A DNA stretch of 64,000 nucleotides from Vermamoeba vermiformis (Eukaryota): assembly GCA_045837725.1 (NCBI GenBank), contig JBEWZL010000179.1:496001-560000 (forward strand). The letters are read 5' to 3'. Under the pieces are notes generated by a model. It made no database searches. It saw nothing but the letters and a program-made list of their open reading frames with translations, and was not told the DNA's origin. The position numbers and the translations under genes are program-made. Below, piece after piece: positions 13,280-25,909 of the stretch (position 1 is its first letter; every line of letters starts with the position of its first letter).

Positions 13280-13343
13280 TCACAAGATTTGTGAGAATCG
13301 ATCGTATCTTTTTTACGAACTGCACACGATCACAACAGCAACA

Positions 13344-14119
13344 ATGGAGCACGAGTAAGCGAATCAATAAATATTTTCAAATAATTAATATAGGAGATGA
13401 TAGTGCACGAACCGAGGATGCAGCTGAAGTGAGTGATTCTGGATTCAAATCTGAAAATATTTAATTCGTCATAATTTTAGGAAAATATCGTATTAAAATT
13501 CTTAAATGCGCCGGCAGCCGAAAAATATGGCAGTTTAAGCTTCGAATTCCCACTTTTAACGGCAGATCTTGACCCTACTGAGACAAAAGCCAAAATTCAA
13601 TCACTACTCGCGAACAAAAATACTAAATTCCCTACAATATCAACTACTGAATGTTGGCAAAAGAATTTTCATATGACAGTGACTGGATTCCCTCAAATAC
13701 CCGCGACCTATTTTTCAGATCCGACGCTACGAGCTTCACTGGACCAACTTATCCAAGAATATATTACTATAGTAAATAGTGACTATAGGTTTAGTGAACG
13801 AACGCCATTTGAATTGGACCAAAAGGAGCCTATTCAAATTATGGGCGACACGATGTTTTTGATCCCAACCAAAACTATTCAGCTTTCAGTGAAAGAGATG
13901 ATGCACAAGTCTTTGCAAATATTTACTCAATTCAAACCTGCGTTTTGGGTGCAAAAGGAAAGCAAATTAGGTGTTCACGTAACACTTGATATTGTAAATC
14001 CGAAAGATTCAAAATTAAGCGCAGATCTGCAGCGGAGTGTAATCGAAATATTTAAAAATCAGTCCTTATTAATAGGACCCATTAGAGCTACTGTAATATT
14101 TCATTCAGGCAAGTGGTAA
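13344..14119 (+). CDS. Hypothetical protein (two small 5' exons and one long exon)
   Basis: ATG at 13344, two short GT-AG introns, then an open frame from ~13481 through the 148-aa ORF to TAA 14119. No motif recognised. Confidence 0.5.
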
Positions 14120-14473
14120 TAAAGGATTTTGGAACCGTTTTCCGGTTCAAAAAATAATCTCGGCTACAAACATTATTAGAAGTACTTAAGGAGGAAAATC
14201 CATATTAAAAAGCACTATTTGTTGCTAAAAAATAATTATGTAGTTGACAGAGGCTCGAATAATTTTTCTAAAGTACATCCGAATAAAATCTGCTGGATCT
14301 TCGTTAGGCTAACTGGTGGCCAACCTCAGTACCGTTTCATATACTTGATGCATATGCGCAGTTAATAGATAGGATTGGTTTTGTCTAAAGTTTTTTGTTT
14401 ATTTATTTTTTCATGAAACGTCAAATCCAGAACAAGAGTTCTGATAATCTATTTAATTATATAGAAGTAAATA

Positions 14474-16185
14474 ATGTCGTTATACGAGGATTTACCGCCA
14501 ACAAAGGACGGTATTGGAGGCACCACTTCGTCAACAACAAATAGCGGATCTACCAACACACCTTCAACGAGCAATAAACCAGCAGGTACTAATTTATAAT
14601 ATTTTATAATAATAAAATAAATACTTAAGCGTTTGTAAATTACTATAATACTTGATAGAATCTCCGTAGAAAATTCATTATAATAAATATTTAATAAATA
14701 TTTTTACTTTTGACTGGATCCGTCTCTTTTAATACTCTATACGTTAAATATAATCATTAAGTAATTATAAATAATAAAATAATACAAAATTAATTCTGTG
14801 AAGCAGATCCGGTTGATCAACCAAAACCCACGACCACAGCACCAGTAATTAAACCAATGATGCTCCCACGAGCAGCTCAAATTGCCAAAAAAGGAATAAC
14901 ACCGACTTCTGAAGTTAAAAAGCCTATTCAAGCAATTAAAAAAGCGCCTACTAAAGTCGCGGATGTGCCTCCAAAACCGATCGAAACAGTAAGCTCCAAT
15001 TTACATAAAACGTCATCATACTTATAATTATATTATAGGCACCTATACCGTCTATAAATAATCAACATAACCCACATGATACGTTATTTACAGTCGCTTT
15101 GGCTCAAACAGTGGATGCGTACGATCCGGCCAAACCAAACGATTATTTTGAATATCAAGAAGAACGAAAGAAAGCATTGGCTAAAATGAAAGAAGGTACT
15201 AGGCACCTATATTATAATTAGGGACTATGTACTTAATTCTGGCTATTTTCAGAGGAAATTTTGAAAGCGCGACAAGCACTCGAACAATCGAGACAAAATG
15301 TTATGGAAACAGATGACGATGACGATGCAGACGGTAAAATACATTATTATAAGCATATAAGCATATATTAATATACGAATTAGGTGTTCCTATTAATATT
15401 CCGCCTAAACAAAGTGTTGGGCCGCCAGCCGGTTTGACACCTGCGGAAAAAATGATGTTCAGCATGGGCTGGAAAGGCTCAGGACACGGTACTTAATATT
15501 AATAGTACTATTATAATATAGTACTAATGTTATTATGAAAGGGTTGGGTAAACAAGGCCAAGGAATTAAAGCACCGTTAGTAGCGGAAAAAAACGAATAT
15601 GGCGCTGCTGTAATTAAAGTCGGAGAAGGTCAGTCTTATATTAATATTACTATATATGGTAATGGCAATGTAATTGACATTTGCGAATGCAGTTGATAAT
15701 CGACATCGATACGAACCGATCGCAAGAAGTCGGGTACTTTTATTACAGGTAAGTTACTGAATTATAATTATTTTATCAATTTTATTCTTATTTTCATGAA
15801 CGAATAGAACATGGTTGATCGAGGAGAAGTTGATCCAATGTTAGCTCCTGAAACAGCAGGTGAATGTCAAAAGTTTGGAAAAGTTGTTGATTGTAAAGTA
15901 TATGAGGTACGTCTATTGTTTTATATTTTCATAACAAGTGGTTAACAATGCTATTTAGAATCCGGATCTGACAATACCAAGCGAAGAATCAGTTAGAATT
16001 TTTGTTAAATTTGAACGACACGAAGAAGCAGTAAGAGGTAAGCCATAGTTTTAATAGATTTATGTAATATATTTAACAATATCGTAGGATTAAATGCGTT
16101 GAATGGCCGGTTTTTTGGCGGCAAACAAGTAAAAGCCACTTTGTATGATGAGAAAAAATTTGCGGAGAAAGATTATCGAGCGTAG
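14474..16185 (+). CDS. RBM17: Splicing factor 45 (SPF45/RBM17/DRT111): G-patch plus UHM domain, about 10 exons
   Basis: MSLYEDLP start; SPF45 motif YDPAKPNDY; G-patch AEKMMFSMGWKGSGHGLGKQGQGI; UHM VLLLQNMV..ECQKFGKV..VRIFVKF..LNGRFFGG. Confidence 0.93.
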
Positions 16186-16340
16186 AGCTCACCTTGTGAA
16201 TATAAATAATACTTGAAAGCAATTATTATGATCTATTGATATAGTAGCTACTCTAAACATGATCATGCTAGATCTGGATCGAACCTAATAATGAATCTTC
16301 GAAGATCGAGCAAACAATTGTATCGGTATGTACAAAATTT

Positions 16341-18219
16341 TTAATTGATTAACAAATCATTAGCATCTTCATTGTTATTATTAAGCTTAGGATTCTTCAC
16401 GAGACTAACAGACTTGGATCCAAAAGATCTCGGGTTGAACTCAGTGTAGCTACTTCGACTCGCGCTGCTACTAAGCGTATGATCGTCATCTTGATTGGGA
16501 AGTGATCTGCGCCAAGTAGTCGCCGGCCTCTCTTTCGTGGCTTCACGCGGTTGTTTTCCGCTGACACCAGTGTTAATAGGCACTGTCATAGAGATGCGGG
16601 TAAAATCAACGACAAATTTGCCTCTGCTGTCCTTGGAGACCATATCCACAAATCTACGGTTCCACAAGATTTCGTCAGCTTTGTACGACCATCGTGCTTG
16701 AAACGTGGCTGAAGTCAGCTCGTCCGTGCCTTCCAGCAGCACGATCAGTTCCATGTCACATTCACGCATAGCCTCGCGTGTCATGCCGTAAAGAGGACTA
16801 GTCTCATCAATAGTGTGTACTATATGCCAAGGGAATGCCTATCAAGTCAATTAGATTCATTCTTGGATCTTCGCGGGTGAGCTGAATCTGGCTTAGACTT
16901 ACCATCACTGGTGATTGAATATAACTAGCAACAGTATCTTGCTTGTCGCAAATATCATGTGTCAATTCGATAAGTTTCCATTGCGGGTGTTCCGTGGCTG
17001 GTGGATCTGCATCCGAGCTACGGTGAGATCCAATCACGGAGCTCTTCTTTCGAGCAAAATCCTCTGATAAGAACTTATTCTCATCATTATACTCCGTAAC
17101 ATTAATCTTATAATCATCGTGTTCATCGTCTGAACCAGATCTGTTGCTATTTTTAGTCTTAGTTGTCATGACTGTAATGCAATCTTCATCGAACACTAAG
17201 CACAAAAATATCAGTATTATACATAAATATAACAACACGATTATTATCTACCTTTTCTTAGCATAAGCAAGCGAATTTGAGCGGTGCAAACTTGTCGTTT
17301 ACGGATGTTGGCCAAACGAAGCGACAAAAATCTGACTCCGGGCTTATCGCTAATAGGCTTAGTCAAGCGAGTAATTTTATGGCCATCAACGTCATTTATA
17401 ACTGCACTAGTGCTAAAGTCGATTGTATGGCGCAACCGTCTATTACAAAACAATGATTAGGAATAGCATTAACTTAAAAAAATTATAAAAATATTCTACG
17501 AAATAAATAATTAATTTTTGAGGCAAAACGTACGCAGGTCTAGAGAGCTTGGCGAATACAAGAGCTGTCAAGGCACCAAAGGCCAAAATGCCGACCCAAC
17601 TTTGCACGAAGGTAATTACGTGAGAATAGAAGCCAGTAGGATATAAGAAACCATAGCCTAATAAAGTAAAAGCGAGTTAGCTACATCCGGATCGAAAATT
17701 CCGTTACTATTATTTTACGGATGTGCAATCTTGCAGTGCTTGCATATCATTTACTGAGCTATTTAATAGTGACTTACCAATAGTATTCATTGTTTGAAGC
17801 GAGAAAAAGAACGCATCCATAAAATCTTCGGCTCCACTATTGAATTTTATTAATTAAATTACTAAATTTAGGTATATTATTATTATTAGTAATAATTAGC
17901 GTTAAAATAAGAATATTCCGAATTTTTGTCGGTTGGAATTAAATGGATCTGTTAAATTAACTTACTGAATTTCATCCAGGCGTATATAATATAGTGCCGC
18001 AAATACAACAATCAATATCGAATAAAATACAAACGAGACCATAAGCATAGGAATCCAAGATAAGTTCAGTATCAATCGGTATGAATCCGCTTTATACAAG
18101 AACCACCAAGAGATACCTTTGTGCTTTATATTAACATGGCCGCCTTCTCTATTAATCAGTCGATTGAAGCGACGATATTTGCTCGAGTGCTCGGGTAAGG
18201 GAGCGTAGAGTGGATCCAT
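16341..18219 (-). CDS. Inward-rectifier potassium channel (Kir/IRK family), multi-exon
   Basis: RLINREGGHVN; AFFFSLQTMNTIG|YG selectivity filter split by an intron; LVFAKLSRP; FSTSAVI; LRLANIRK; PWHIVHTIDETSPL; ELIVLLEGTDE..QARWSY..EILW. Confidence 0.93.
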
Positions 18220-18397
18220 TCGCTAGTCCAGATGGATTAACGCCAGCGATATACTGATCAACGTGTTATTCAGGTACAAGACCTGTGTTTATCTCGCTGG
18301 GTTGCAAATAGGACTAAAATTTTGGAAGAGAAATCGCAATTTTGACGTGCGCTTTCTTTTGTCAATTATAAGTCAGACGAAGAACAGAAACAAAAAT

Positions 18398-18688
18398 ATG
18401 AACGAATTTGTTAGACAGTTTGTTAGCAAGGTAACAAGAGGATTTAGTGCTAATACCACGAGTGCTGGCCCGAGAAAATTGGTCTCGATCGAGGTTGAAC
18501 CTACCTCCTTTTGCTACGAGTCTTACCCGTGCCAGCATACCTCTGGTGTAAAATTCATATACAATGATGGCACTGTTGTCAACCGTGGAACAAATGGCTT
18601 TGAAGTCCTGAGGTTATGTAAAGAGAACAACATCCAACTTCCAAGCCATTTTACATACATGGCGGGCTACGCTCCTATAAAAAGGTAG
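18398..18688 (+). CDS. Small intronless hypothetical protein (~96 aa) with a CYESYPCQH motif
   Basis: ATG preceded by A-rich context (caaaaatATG). The Arg/Ser-rich N-terminus resembles a mitochondrial presequence. The body contains a Cys/His cluster. Confidence 0.55.
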   Translation: MNEFVRQFVSKVTRGFSANTTSAGPRKLVSIEVEPTSFCYESYPCQHTSGVKFIYNDGTVVNRGTNGFEVLRLCKENNIQLPSHFTYMAGYAPIKR

Positions 18689-18794
18689 AAATATTTCCAA
18701 ACAGTTATTGTTAGCATAGTTTGTAAAGAATAAAAAATGAAAGAATTAGAATTATTCTTTAAATCCTCAAAATCAACGAGTGAAATCACTTTAT

Positions 18795-20687
18795 TCACTT
18801 AAGTGCTCTACACAGAGTATGGCGATCAATTGGTAATGTCCTATTAGAAGCAATTGCACATAAAATACCAATCTGCTTCCTCGTAAAGTATTGGCAGCTG
18901 CAATAAAATAAGATCTGCTCGAGCACTTCGGGCGGGACTGTCGTAAATAAGCCTTGATCGTACGGCCATAATATGGTTTGCACTACAATTAAGACGGCAC
19001 TGGCGTATAGTTTTCGTCGTTTGTTTTCAAAAAGAATCCTTTCTCCTTCGTTCATCGTGCTCGGAAGTACACGGGCCACAGTTTGGCCACGGTCAACGTT
19101 CAAATAGCCGTACATCCATTGAATGTCAGTCAATGTTACATTAGATCGAAGTGCTCCTAATATCAAATTATAATCGCTGTGCTGGTGTTCATTGAACTTC
19201 AGATCCAGTTTCGTTAGGGATCGGTTTGTTTCGATCAATTCTTTGACACTCATTATATCAAATTTCGCTGATACTGCTCTTAGAGTTTGCATTGTCGTAT
19301 TTGCTGCTAGTGCCCTTTGAAGTGTTTTAGATCCGTCAATCTTTAGAAAATTGTAACTAATGTCCAACTCTGTTATCGTGTTGTTCACTGAAAGCGCTTC
19401 AAGAATCGGTGAAAATTCATTATACAGGAGATTTCTAGCGAGATTTAATTTCCGCAGAGTTCTCGTTCGTTGTATTAATTTTGGAATGGCCTTCACCCCT
19501 TGGTAATTCATGAAATTGTACTCCAAGTTCAATTCTTCAATTGGCATGTCAATTAATGCTTCTACGACCTGCTCCGTCTTTTCTTTCAATAAACAACTCT
19601 CCAAGCTCAATTTTTTGATGTTTTTTAGTCCGATGAATTTATTCGTAATTGCTTCAGGGACGTATTCGAAGCCATAGCCAGTAACATCAAGATCTGTTAA
19701 TGAAATGTTGTCTTTGAACAGCGTAAATGAATCGTTATACGATAACGGACCAGCGCGCATAATTCGAACGTTGAGCCGTTTGATTGATCTGGATCTGCTG
19801 ATTGAAGTTTCCAAAATAGCCAGTCTTTGCTGATCGATCTTATTATAGCTTATATTAAGATCCGTTAATGAGAGACACTCTTCGATTAAGGTCGTTAAGG
19901 ATCTGGTCTTCTTCATCTGGATGTAGTTATCGGATAAATCCAAAGTCGCGATATCAGCACGAGATCTTAATAGCGAGTATACTAGTGCTTCGATTTCATG
20001 ATCATTAATTGCGTTTGATTCTAGCTTCAATGCTTGTAGACTTGAAATTGAACCAATAAACTCGTATAGTTCTGCTCTATTGTCTTCAGTGCTAATCATT
20101 TTCAAACAGCCTAAATCTAAATAAGTGACTGTCCTATTCTTAGCTAATGCTTGAATCAGCGGCAAAATCGCTAAAGTTCCGTTCAGTGAACCGCCGAACA
20201 GATCCAGATGCGTTATGTTCTGGTTGTATCTTATTAATTGAGATAAGCCGTCAATGACTTCTTCATTGAATTGAAAGTACTTCATTGATAGTTTTTTCAG
20301 TGAATTGTTGTTTTGCAAAGCCCTGACTAGGGCGAACTTTCCTTGGCTGTCAATTGAATTACTACTAATATCAAGTTCTGTCAGGTGATGGAGTCCACAC
20401 AGCGCATCTGATAAGCTAGTCCAATGTTCTTTAAGTTCTAAATCATTGTGTGATAAATCAAGACTTGTTACGCTCGATCTGCTCGCAATGATTTTTGCAA
20501 TCGCGTTCCACCGATGTTTACCAAAATAATTATACGATAAATCTATCTTGTTAATTTTTTCTCGGTATTTGAGCAAATTTATAATGGCTTCCAAGTCCTT
20601 CTGATTGAGAGTCGTGCATGCTGCCAGAAGATCTAATTTTGTTCCAACAACATCAACCTCCTCACCATTAAGAACGAGAAGATCCAT
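18795..20687 (-). CDS. RNI-like leucine-rich-repeat protein with a C-terminal F-box-like motif
   Basis: Long uninterrupted ORF with many LxxLDLSxN repeats. Likely start is MDLLVL, since the upstream in-frame part looks like a 5'-UTR intron. The C-terminus contains TVPPEVLEQILFY. Confidence 0.88.
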   Translation of the reverse strand: MDLLVLNGEEVDVVGTKLDLLAACTTLNQKDLEAIINLLKYREKINKIDLSYNYFGKHRWNAIAKIIASRSSVTSLDLSHNDLELKEHWTSLSDALCGLHHLTELDISSNSIDSQGKFALVRALQNNNSLKKLSMKYFQFNEEVIDGLSQLIRYNQNITHLDLFGGSLNGTLAILPLIQALAKNRTVTYLDLGCLKMISTEDNRAELYEFIGSISSLQALKLESNAINDHEIEALVYSLLRSRADIATLDLSDNYIQMKKTRSLTTLIEECLSLTDLNISYNKIDQQRLAILETSISRSRSIKRLNVRIMRAGPLSYNDSFTLFKDNISLTDLDVTGYGFEYVPEAITNKFIGLKNIKKLSLESCLLKEKTEQVVEALIDMPIEELNLEYNFMNYQGVKAIPKLIQRTRTLRKLNLARNLLYNEFSPILEALSVNNTITELDISYNFLKIDGSKTLQRALAANTTMQTLRAVSAKFDIMSVKELIETNRSLTKLDLKFNEHQHSDYNLILGALRSNVTLTDIQWMYGYLNVDRGQTVARVLPSTMNEGERILFENKRRKLYASAVLIVVQTILWPYDQGLFTTVPPEVLEQILFYCSCQYFTRKQIGILCAIASNRTLPIDRHTLCRALK

Positions 20688-20886
20688 CACTGTGAATATA
20701 ATTATGCAATTAAAAATTATATCCAATATTATTGACGTTACTTTATTGAATTTTAGTTTGACTTGATCTCGGTAAAAGCAACAGTTGCACACATTAAAAT
20801 AGCAACTTACGATCATATCAAGACGCAGTTAATATTAACAAATAAGCGCCTGTTATTGCATTCACATTGTCAGCAAATTTTGTATT

Positions 20887-22796
20887 TTAGGATTCAATTT
20901 TGATTCGCGCTTTGATACATTCTTTGCTATTTCTCGCAGTTTCGAAAGCCTTATTGATATCATGTAGGCTAAATTCATGTGTAAATACTTCTTTCTCTAA
21001 TTTGCTCGCCAGATCTGGGTTATTTTTCAACAACTTCAAAGCGTCCCGTGCATCTCCACACCGAGAAGTCCAGATCTGAATATTTCTTCCCAAAATGGCT
21101 TCTTGAATAGGGTTCTCGTATTTCTTGGTATTCTTAATATTGCTATTATAATCCACATCGTTATCGCACATCAAAATTGCGCCTCGAGCTCGTACAAGCG
21201 AGATCTCTTTTTTTGTCGTTGGCCTAATGACCTGATCGATCTCTTCAATCGTAGAAATAATAGCTAAGTCGAATCTCGGGAAATCTCCGCCTCTGGTCAA
21301 GAAAAACTCGGGCTTGTCTAACAGATCGACTGCTTGATCCACACTGACCCGATGAAAATGGACTTCAGAGCCATTGAACGGCTTATTATGGAGCACATAG
21401 TTCTTAACTGACTCGATCACGTGCTCGTTAACACTTTCAGCGACAAAAATATTGACGTTTCTTCGCGGATGAAAATCAGTTGGCCAGCCAAAAGTGATTG
21501 CTTCAGGACTGAACGGCAACAATGAAATTTCTTCAACGACCATTTGCGTGAAGTGAGTGACACCGAATACTGATCCACCACTCGTTGATTTCAAATGCAA
21601 AACTAACAGCGGATCAGCGACTAAACACAAAGTAGATCTCCGACTTACTTCTATTAGTCAGCTTTAACGCCAACGCAAAGCCGTCAACTGAGCCAGTAGT
21701 ATCATATAGGATATCGTATACTGGTTCTTTAGGCAAGTTATCCGACTCGAGGTACACGAGCTCATCGGCACCAACATTCTTCGACAGATCCAATAGCGAT
21801 CTTTGCAAGGCATTAGTACGCGTCTATATACTCTCTAGCACCTTACCTATGACGAGCTAATGCAGTGATGATATAATCGGTCGATTTCTCTCGTAGACCG
21901 TTCAAAGCAAAAATGATGAGCAGGCCTAACTTTCGAGGTCCGAGGACACCAACCTTCGTTTCTTTACGAGCTGGCGTAGTTTTAGCAGCCTTAAGATGGA
22001 CATTAGTAACGTATAAGAATAATATTTTTACCATTTTATACCCATAGTGCAGCGGCAAGAGGTTCCCAAATGACCGCTTGACTGAGGGGCAATCCATCGG
22101 GAATTGGAATTACGCTATCAATTGGTGATAAAACATATGGTGAAAATCCACTACAATACTATTAATATAACTATAGATAGGGTCAATTAAGCGTACCCAG
22201 GTAGCCTATCAATTCCTAATGTAATTCGTTCGGGACATTGCCGATCTATTCCCGGTTCTTGTTCTTGTTTCAAACAATAGCGGCAATGTCTTGATTGATC
22301 CTCGTTAAGACCACGTGCAAAATGACTAGCATTAATTTCAACTGCTACGGGCTTGTTATCTAAAATAATCGTCAGATCGAGATCTCACTATGTCGAATAT
22401 TGCTTACTCTTGTCATAGCCAACGACTTCATGTCCTGTTACTTGTGGCAATGGAAATGGCAAGTAATGTCTGGATGTGTCGGTGTTGCAAATGCCGCAGT
22501 AGCTAATTGAAGCAGGATGAATTAAAAAAGCTCAGAAAATATTTTAAAAAATCACTATAATTGCGTAAGTAATTTTAGGATGTATAAATTGGGTAATGAG
22601 GCGATCTGACATCCAAACGTAAAATCAATTTTTACCTTGTTTTAATGAGCGTGTAGCCTCGTGGTAGCTCCATAAACAAATCTTCACCTCGTAAAATTTT
22701 CCAGCCATTTATTTCGTCGCCTACGTACGTGTATTGTTGTGGTTTGAAAGTACCAGTGGATTGGTACTCTTGCGCGACAAATGTTACTTCAGTCAT
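20887..22796 (-). CDS. Zinc-dependent alcohol dehydrogenase-like (MDR superfamily), multi-exon
   Basis: CGICNTD, GHEVVG, VEIN, CRYC..QCPER..LGI..LPG.FS, VEP..LAAA, VGVLGPRKLG, YDTTGS. Confidence 0.88.
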
Positions 22797-22947
22797 CGTG
22801 ATAATTCAAATTCAACATTATGATTGTTGTGGTTTTCATGGCTAGCCAAGAAAAAGAGCCGTTGTTGGTACCCACGTGATCTGCCCAAATTTCCAAGAAC
22901 CGTTCATTTGTTTTTTAGCATTAATTTTTGACGAAGTAACCACTACA

Positions 22948-24026
22948 ATGGTACGTAAATTTGATATTATTATTATTGTCATGAATTAATTGTTTGTTTA
23001 GTCCAAGAAAAGAACTACCAAAGACGAGAAGCGAACTTTGTTGATCGAGTTGCTTCATGAGAAGGTATAATTTTATTAGGGTTAATTATACTTATTTATA
23101 ATATTTATAGTATTATTTCGACATCGCAGACCTAAAGAATATTTTAAATTAATTTTTAATATTTTTTCTAGAAAGAGCCTCTGACAAAAGAAGAATTTGA
23201 AAATTTGGGCGCTAAGAAAGGAGTTGGTATGTTATAAATATTTATAATAATATTTTTTGATTTTACTCATTAATCTCTCGATCAGTCCGCCAAGCAGTTC
23301 TGGATGTCGTCAAAGAACTCGTCGACGATGGAGAAATCCAAACTGATAAAATTGGAACTGCAGTATTCTTTTGGTCGTTCCCTAGTGATGCTGCTAACAA
23401 GGTAAGCTCAAGTAACGGTCAGATCTTTCAGATGCCGAACTAAACTTCGTTACAGAAACAAGTCCAAATCGATAACCTCAATAAGAACATTGCTGGTACC
23501 AAGAACAAGATAGCAGAGCTCGAGAAAGAAAACGCTGCGGCAAAGAGTGGTCGTCAAGATTCGGTACGCGATCCGATCAATTTTTTGAAGCAAAACGTTT
23601 CTTATCTAACGAACGTACTGTATATAGGCTGATCGCGTCAAAAAATTAGAGACATTAGCCAAACTCAAATCAGAAAATGAGAATATGAAACAAGAGCTGA
23701 AGAAATACGCCGACAACGATCCGGCTCTGCTTGACGCTATGAGTAAGCGTTACAAAAATACTAATATAGGATCCATATCTAACAATCCTTAAATAGAAAT
23801 GGACATTGACACAGCCGTTGAGGCAGCTAATCGTTGGACGGGTAAGTCGGATCCGGATCTTGTTACATTTTTTTGGGGCATTACTGACGCCTTAACTATT
23901 ATAGACAACATTTTTACTATCAAACAGTGGGCTACAGGGAAATTTCCGGGCATTGATAGCACGCAATTCAATAAGAACTTCGGCATCCCTGAAGAGTTCG
24001 ACTACGTTGAGGCGCCCAAGATCTAG
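22948..24026 (+). CDS. MND1: Meiotic nuclear division protein 1 (Mnd1), about 8 exons
   Basis: Spliced: MSKKRTTKDEKR..VLDVVKELVDDGEIQTDKIGTAVFFWSFPS..YADNDP..EAANRWT|DNIF..FGIPEEFDY. These are classic Mnd1 motifs. Confidence 0.95.
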
Positions 24027-24560
24027 ATTGTATCTTTTGCTTAGTATATTTGAATGATTTTATTGTATATAGCCCTTTTTGCTTCATATAAAGTGTACAG
24101 ATCTGTCGTTACAAAAGTGAATTTAACCGGAACCGTTCCTTGTAAAAACTTATTTATTGTTACCTTCACAACGGAACTATTCCTGCCTTTGCAACTCTTC
24201 CTCAAATCACTTGAATGTGCGCACTAACTTTTTCAAAGCTATCGCTCGAGCGATTGTTGAACATGGCCAACATCTTTACTTGTCCTCTCCCTGGGTGGGC
24301 TCGGGAGGTGTAACGCTACTTGCATCTCAGAAAAGTACCACTTGATCAGTTGAAGTATTCTTAAATAGTTGTTTGATTCACTCTGTCATCTATTATATTG
24401 GTCCTTCGAATGCAATTTGTCCAATGTATGTCGTTTTTATCCTTTAGTCCTCTTTAGGTCTAAAGTCCAACCGCAGATGTATTCCGAATGTAGTCCTAAT
24501 ACTCGACACTTGATTATTGTGATAAATAGTGCTCCGAATGCGTTGCTGATCTGAACAGAT

Positions 24561-25909
24561 TTATTGTGTTTGATCGTTGTCTAGCAATCGCAAGAATTTC
24601 TTTCTTTCCTTACTTAATCGTGCATTATATCGCCACTTATAGTATTGTTTAAGAACTGTGTTTCGGAGTACTACGCCACCGAAAGTCACGGCGAATCTGG
24701 TCAAAGGCAGCACCCACAACTTCCACGTGAGCGCTGATTTCATTGCTCCAATCAATGTATCGCGTGTGGTCTGATTGCCAAGCAGTGTTCGCATTGTAAA
24801 GGCTGAGATGGGAACTGACGCGAGCTAAATCAAAACAGCACATTAGTGTCACAAAATTATTTTTTGTCGTCTTGGCAGCAAAAGACATTTGACACGTGTC
24901 ACTCAAAATGTCAAACAATTGTTGCTTCACAGTAACGATGTGGCATGTGTTAGAATATCTTATATCAGTGTTATACTTACGCCTATTAATAGGGCAGGCA
25001 ACAAATAGTTTCTGTGTCTGCGCTGAAAGTAAAAGCGCATCAGTTGTCGAGCGACGGATTGACGCAAGACTACAACAGTTAGATATAGTAATTAGAATCG
25101 AAATTATAGTGCCTACTGAAGTAGAACCCGGCTCTAAACCATTTCCTTATATGACTTCGATTAGGGATCGTTTTGGTCTCCCAAAAAGCTGTCGCAGAGT
25201 TAAGGATCCACCCGACAAAATAATCTAATTTTGGAAATTGTCTTGGAATAAATGACTTGTAATATACTCTTATGATCAATTCTCTGCCAATTCCGTCGAA
25301 AAGATGGAGCCAGCCTTGAGATTTGATTATGTTGGCCGCTGTTTTAAACGGATTCGCTGTGAATGCCATCGGTGAATCGAGAAGGTGAAAGAGCTCAACC
25401 TTAGCTATCAATTAGTTAATATAATGATAAAGTTGTATATCACGTACATATAACGGATGATACAAGCATATCTGCGATAGATCTTGGAGTTAAAAGACTT
25501 CTGGATGGCGTCAGTTGCTTGGATGGCTCTGGAAATTGCTGAACAGTCCATCTTATTTAATAATTAATTAATTAACAATAAGACAAGGGCACAGATGGTA
25601 CCTGTAAGTATTCCATGCGCCGCGAAGTCTCGCTAGATTTTTCGAATTTACTTGGTGATTCGCCATAAGCTCAATAAATTCATTCTCGTTCGGTAATACG
25701 GTAATTATGTTAGGGTGATTATGCCTATATTATTTAAATAATTATTAAATATTTTTGAGCATTTTTATTTTAACCCACCAAAGAAAATCATCTTCTGAAA
25801 GTGCCTTGAGTTGCTTATTAACCGCTGCTATTCTAGCAATGTCCTTATAATCGGCATATTTTAATATTTCAAGCAATAATTCGTCGCTTAGTTCAGTTAA
25901 GGTGCTCAT
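24561..25909 (-). CDS. F-box protein with a membrane, mitochondrial-carrier-like C-terminal region; tandem paralog A
   Basis: MSTLTELSDELLLEILKY..IAAVNKQLKALSEDDFLW is an F-box. Later exons read NPFKTAANIIKSQGWLHLFDGI, LASVPISAFTMR and TWKLWVLPLTR. Confidence 0.7.

Noticed and set aside
16784-16900. Apparent frameshift in the Kir gene
   Set aside because: Explained by an intron (gtaagt..ttgatag) that restores ..SPVM|AFPWHIVHTIDETSPL.
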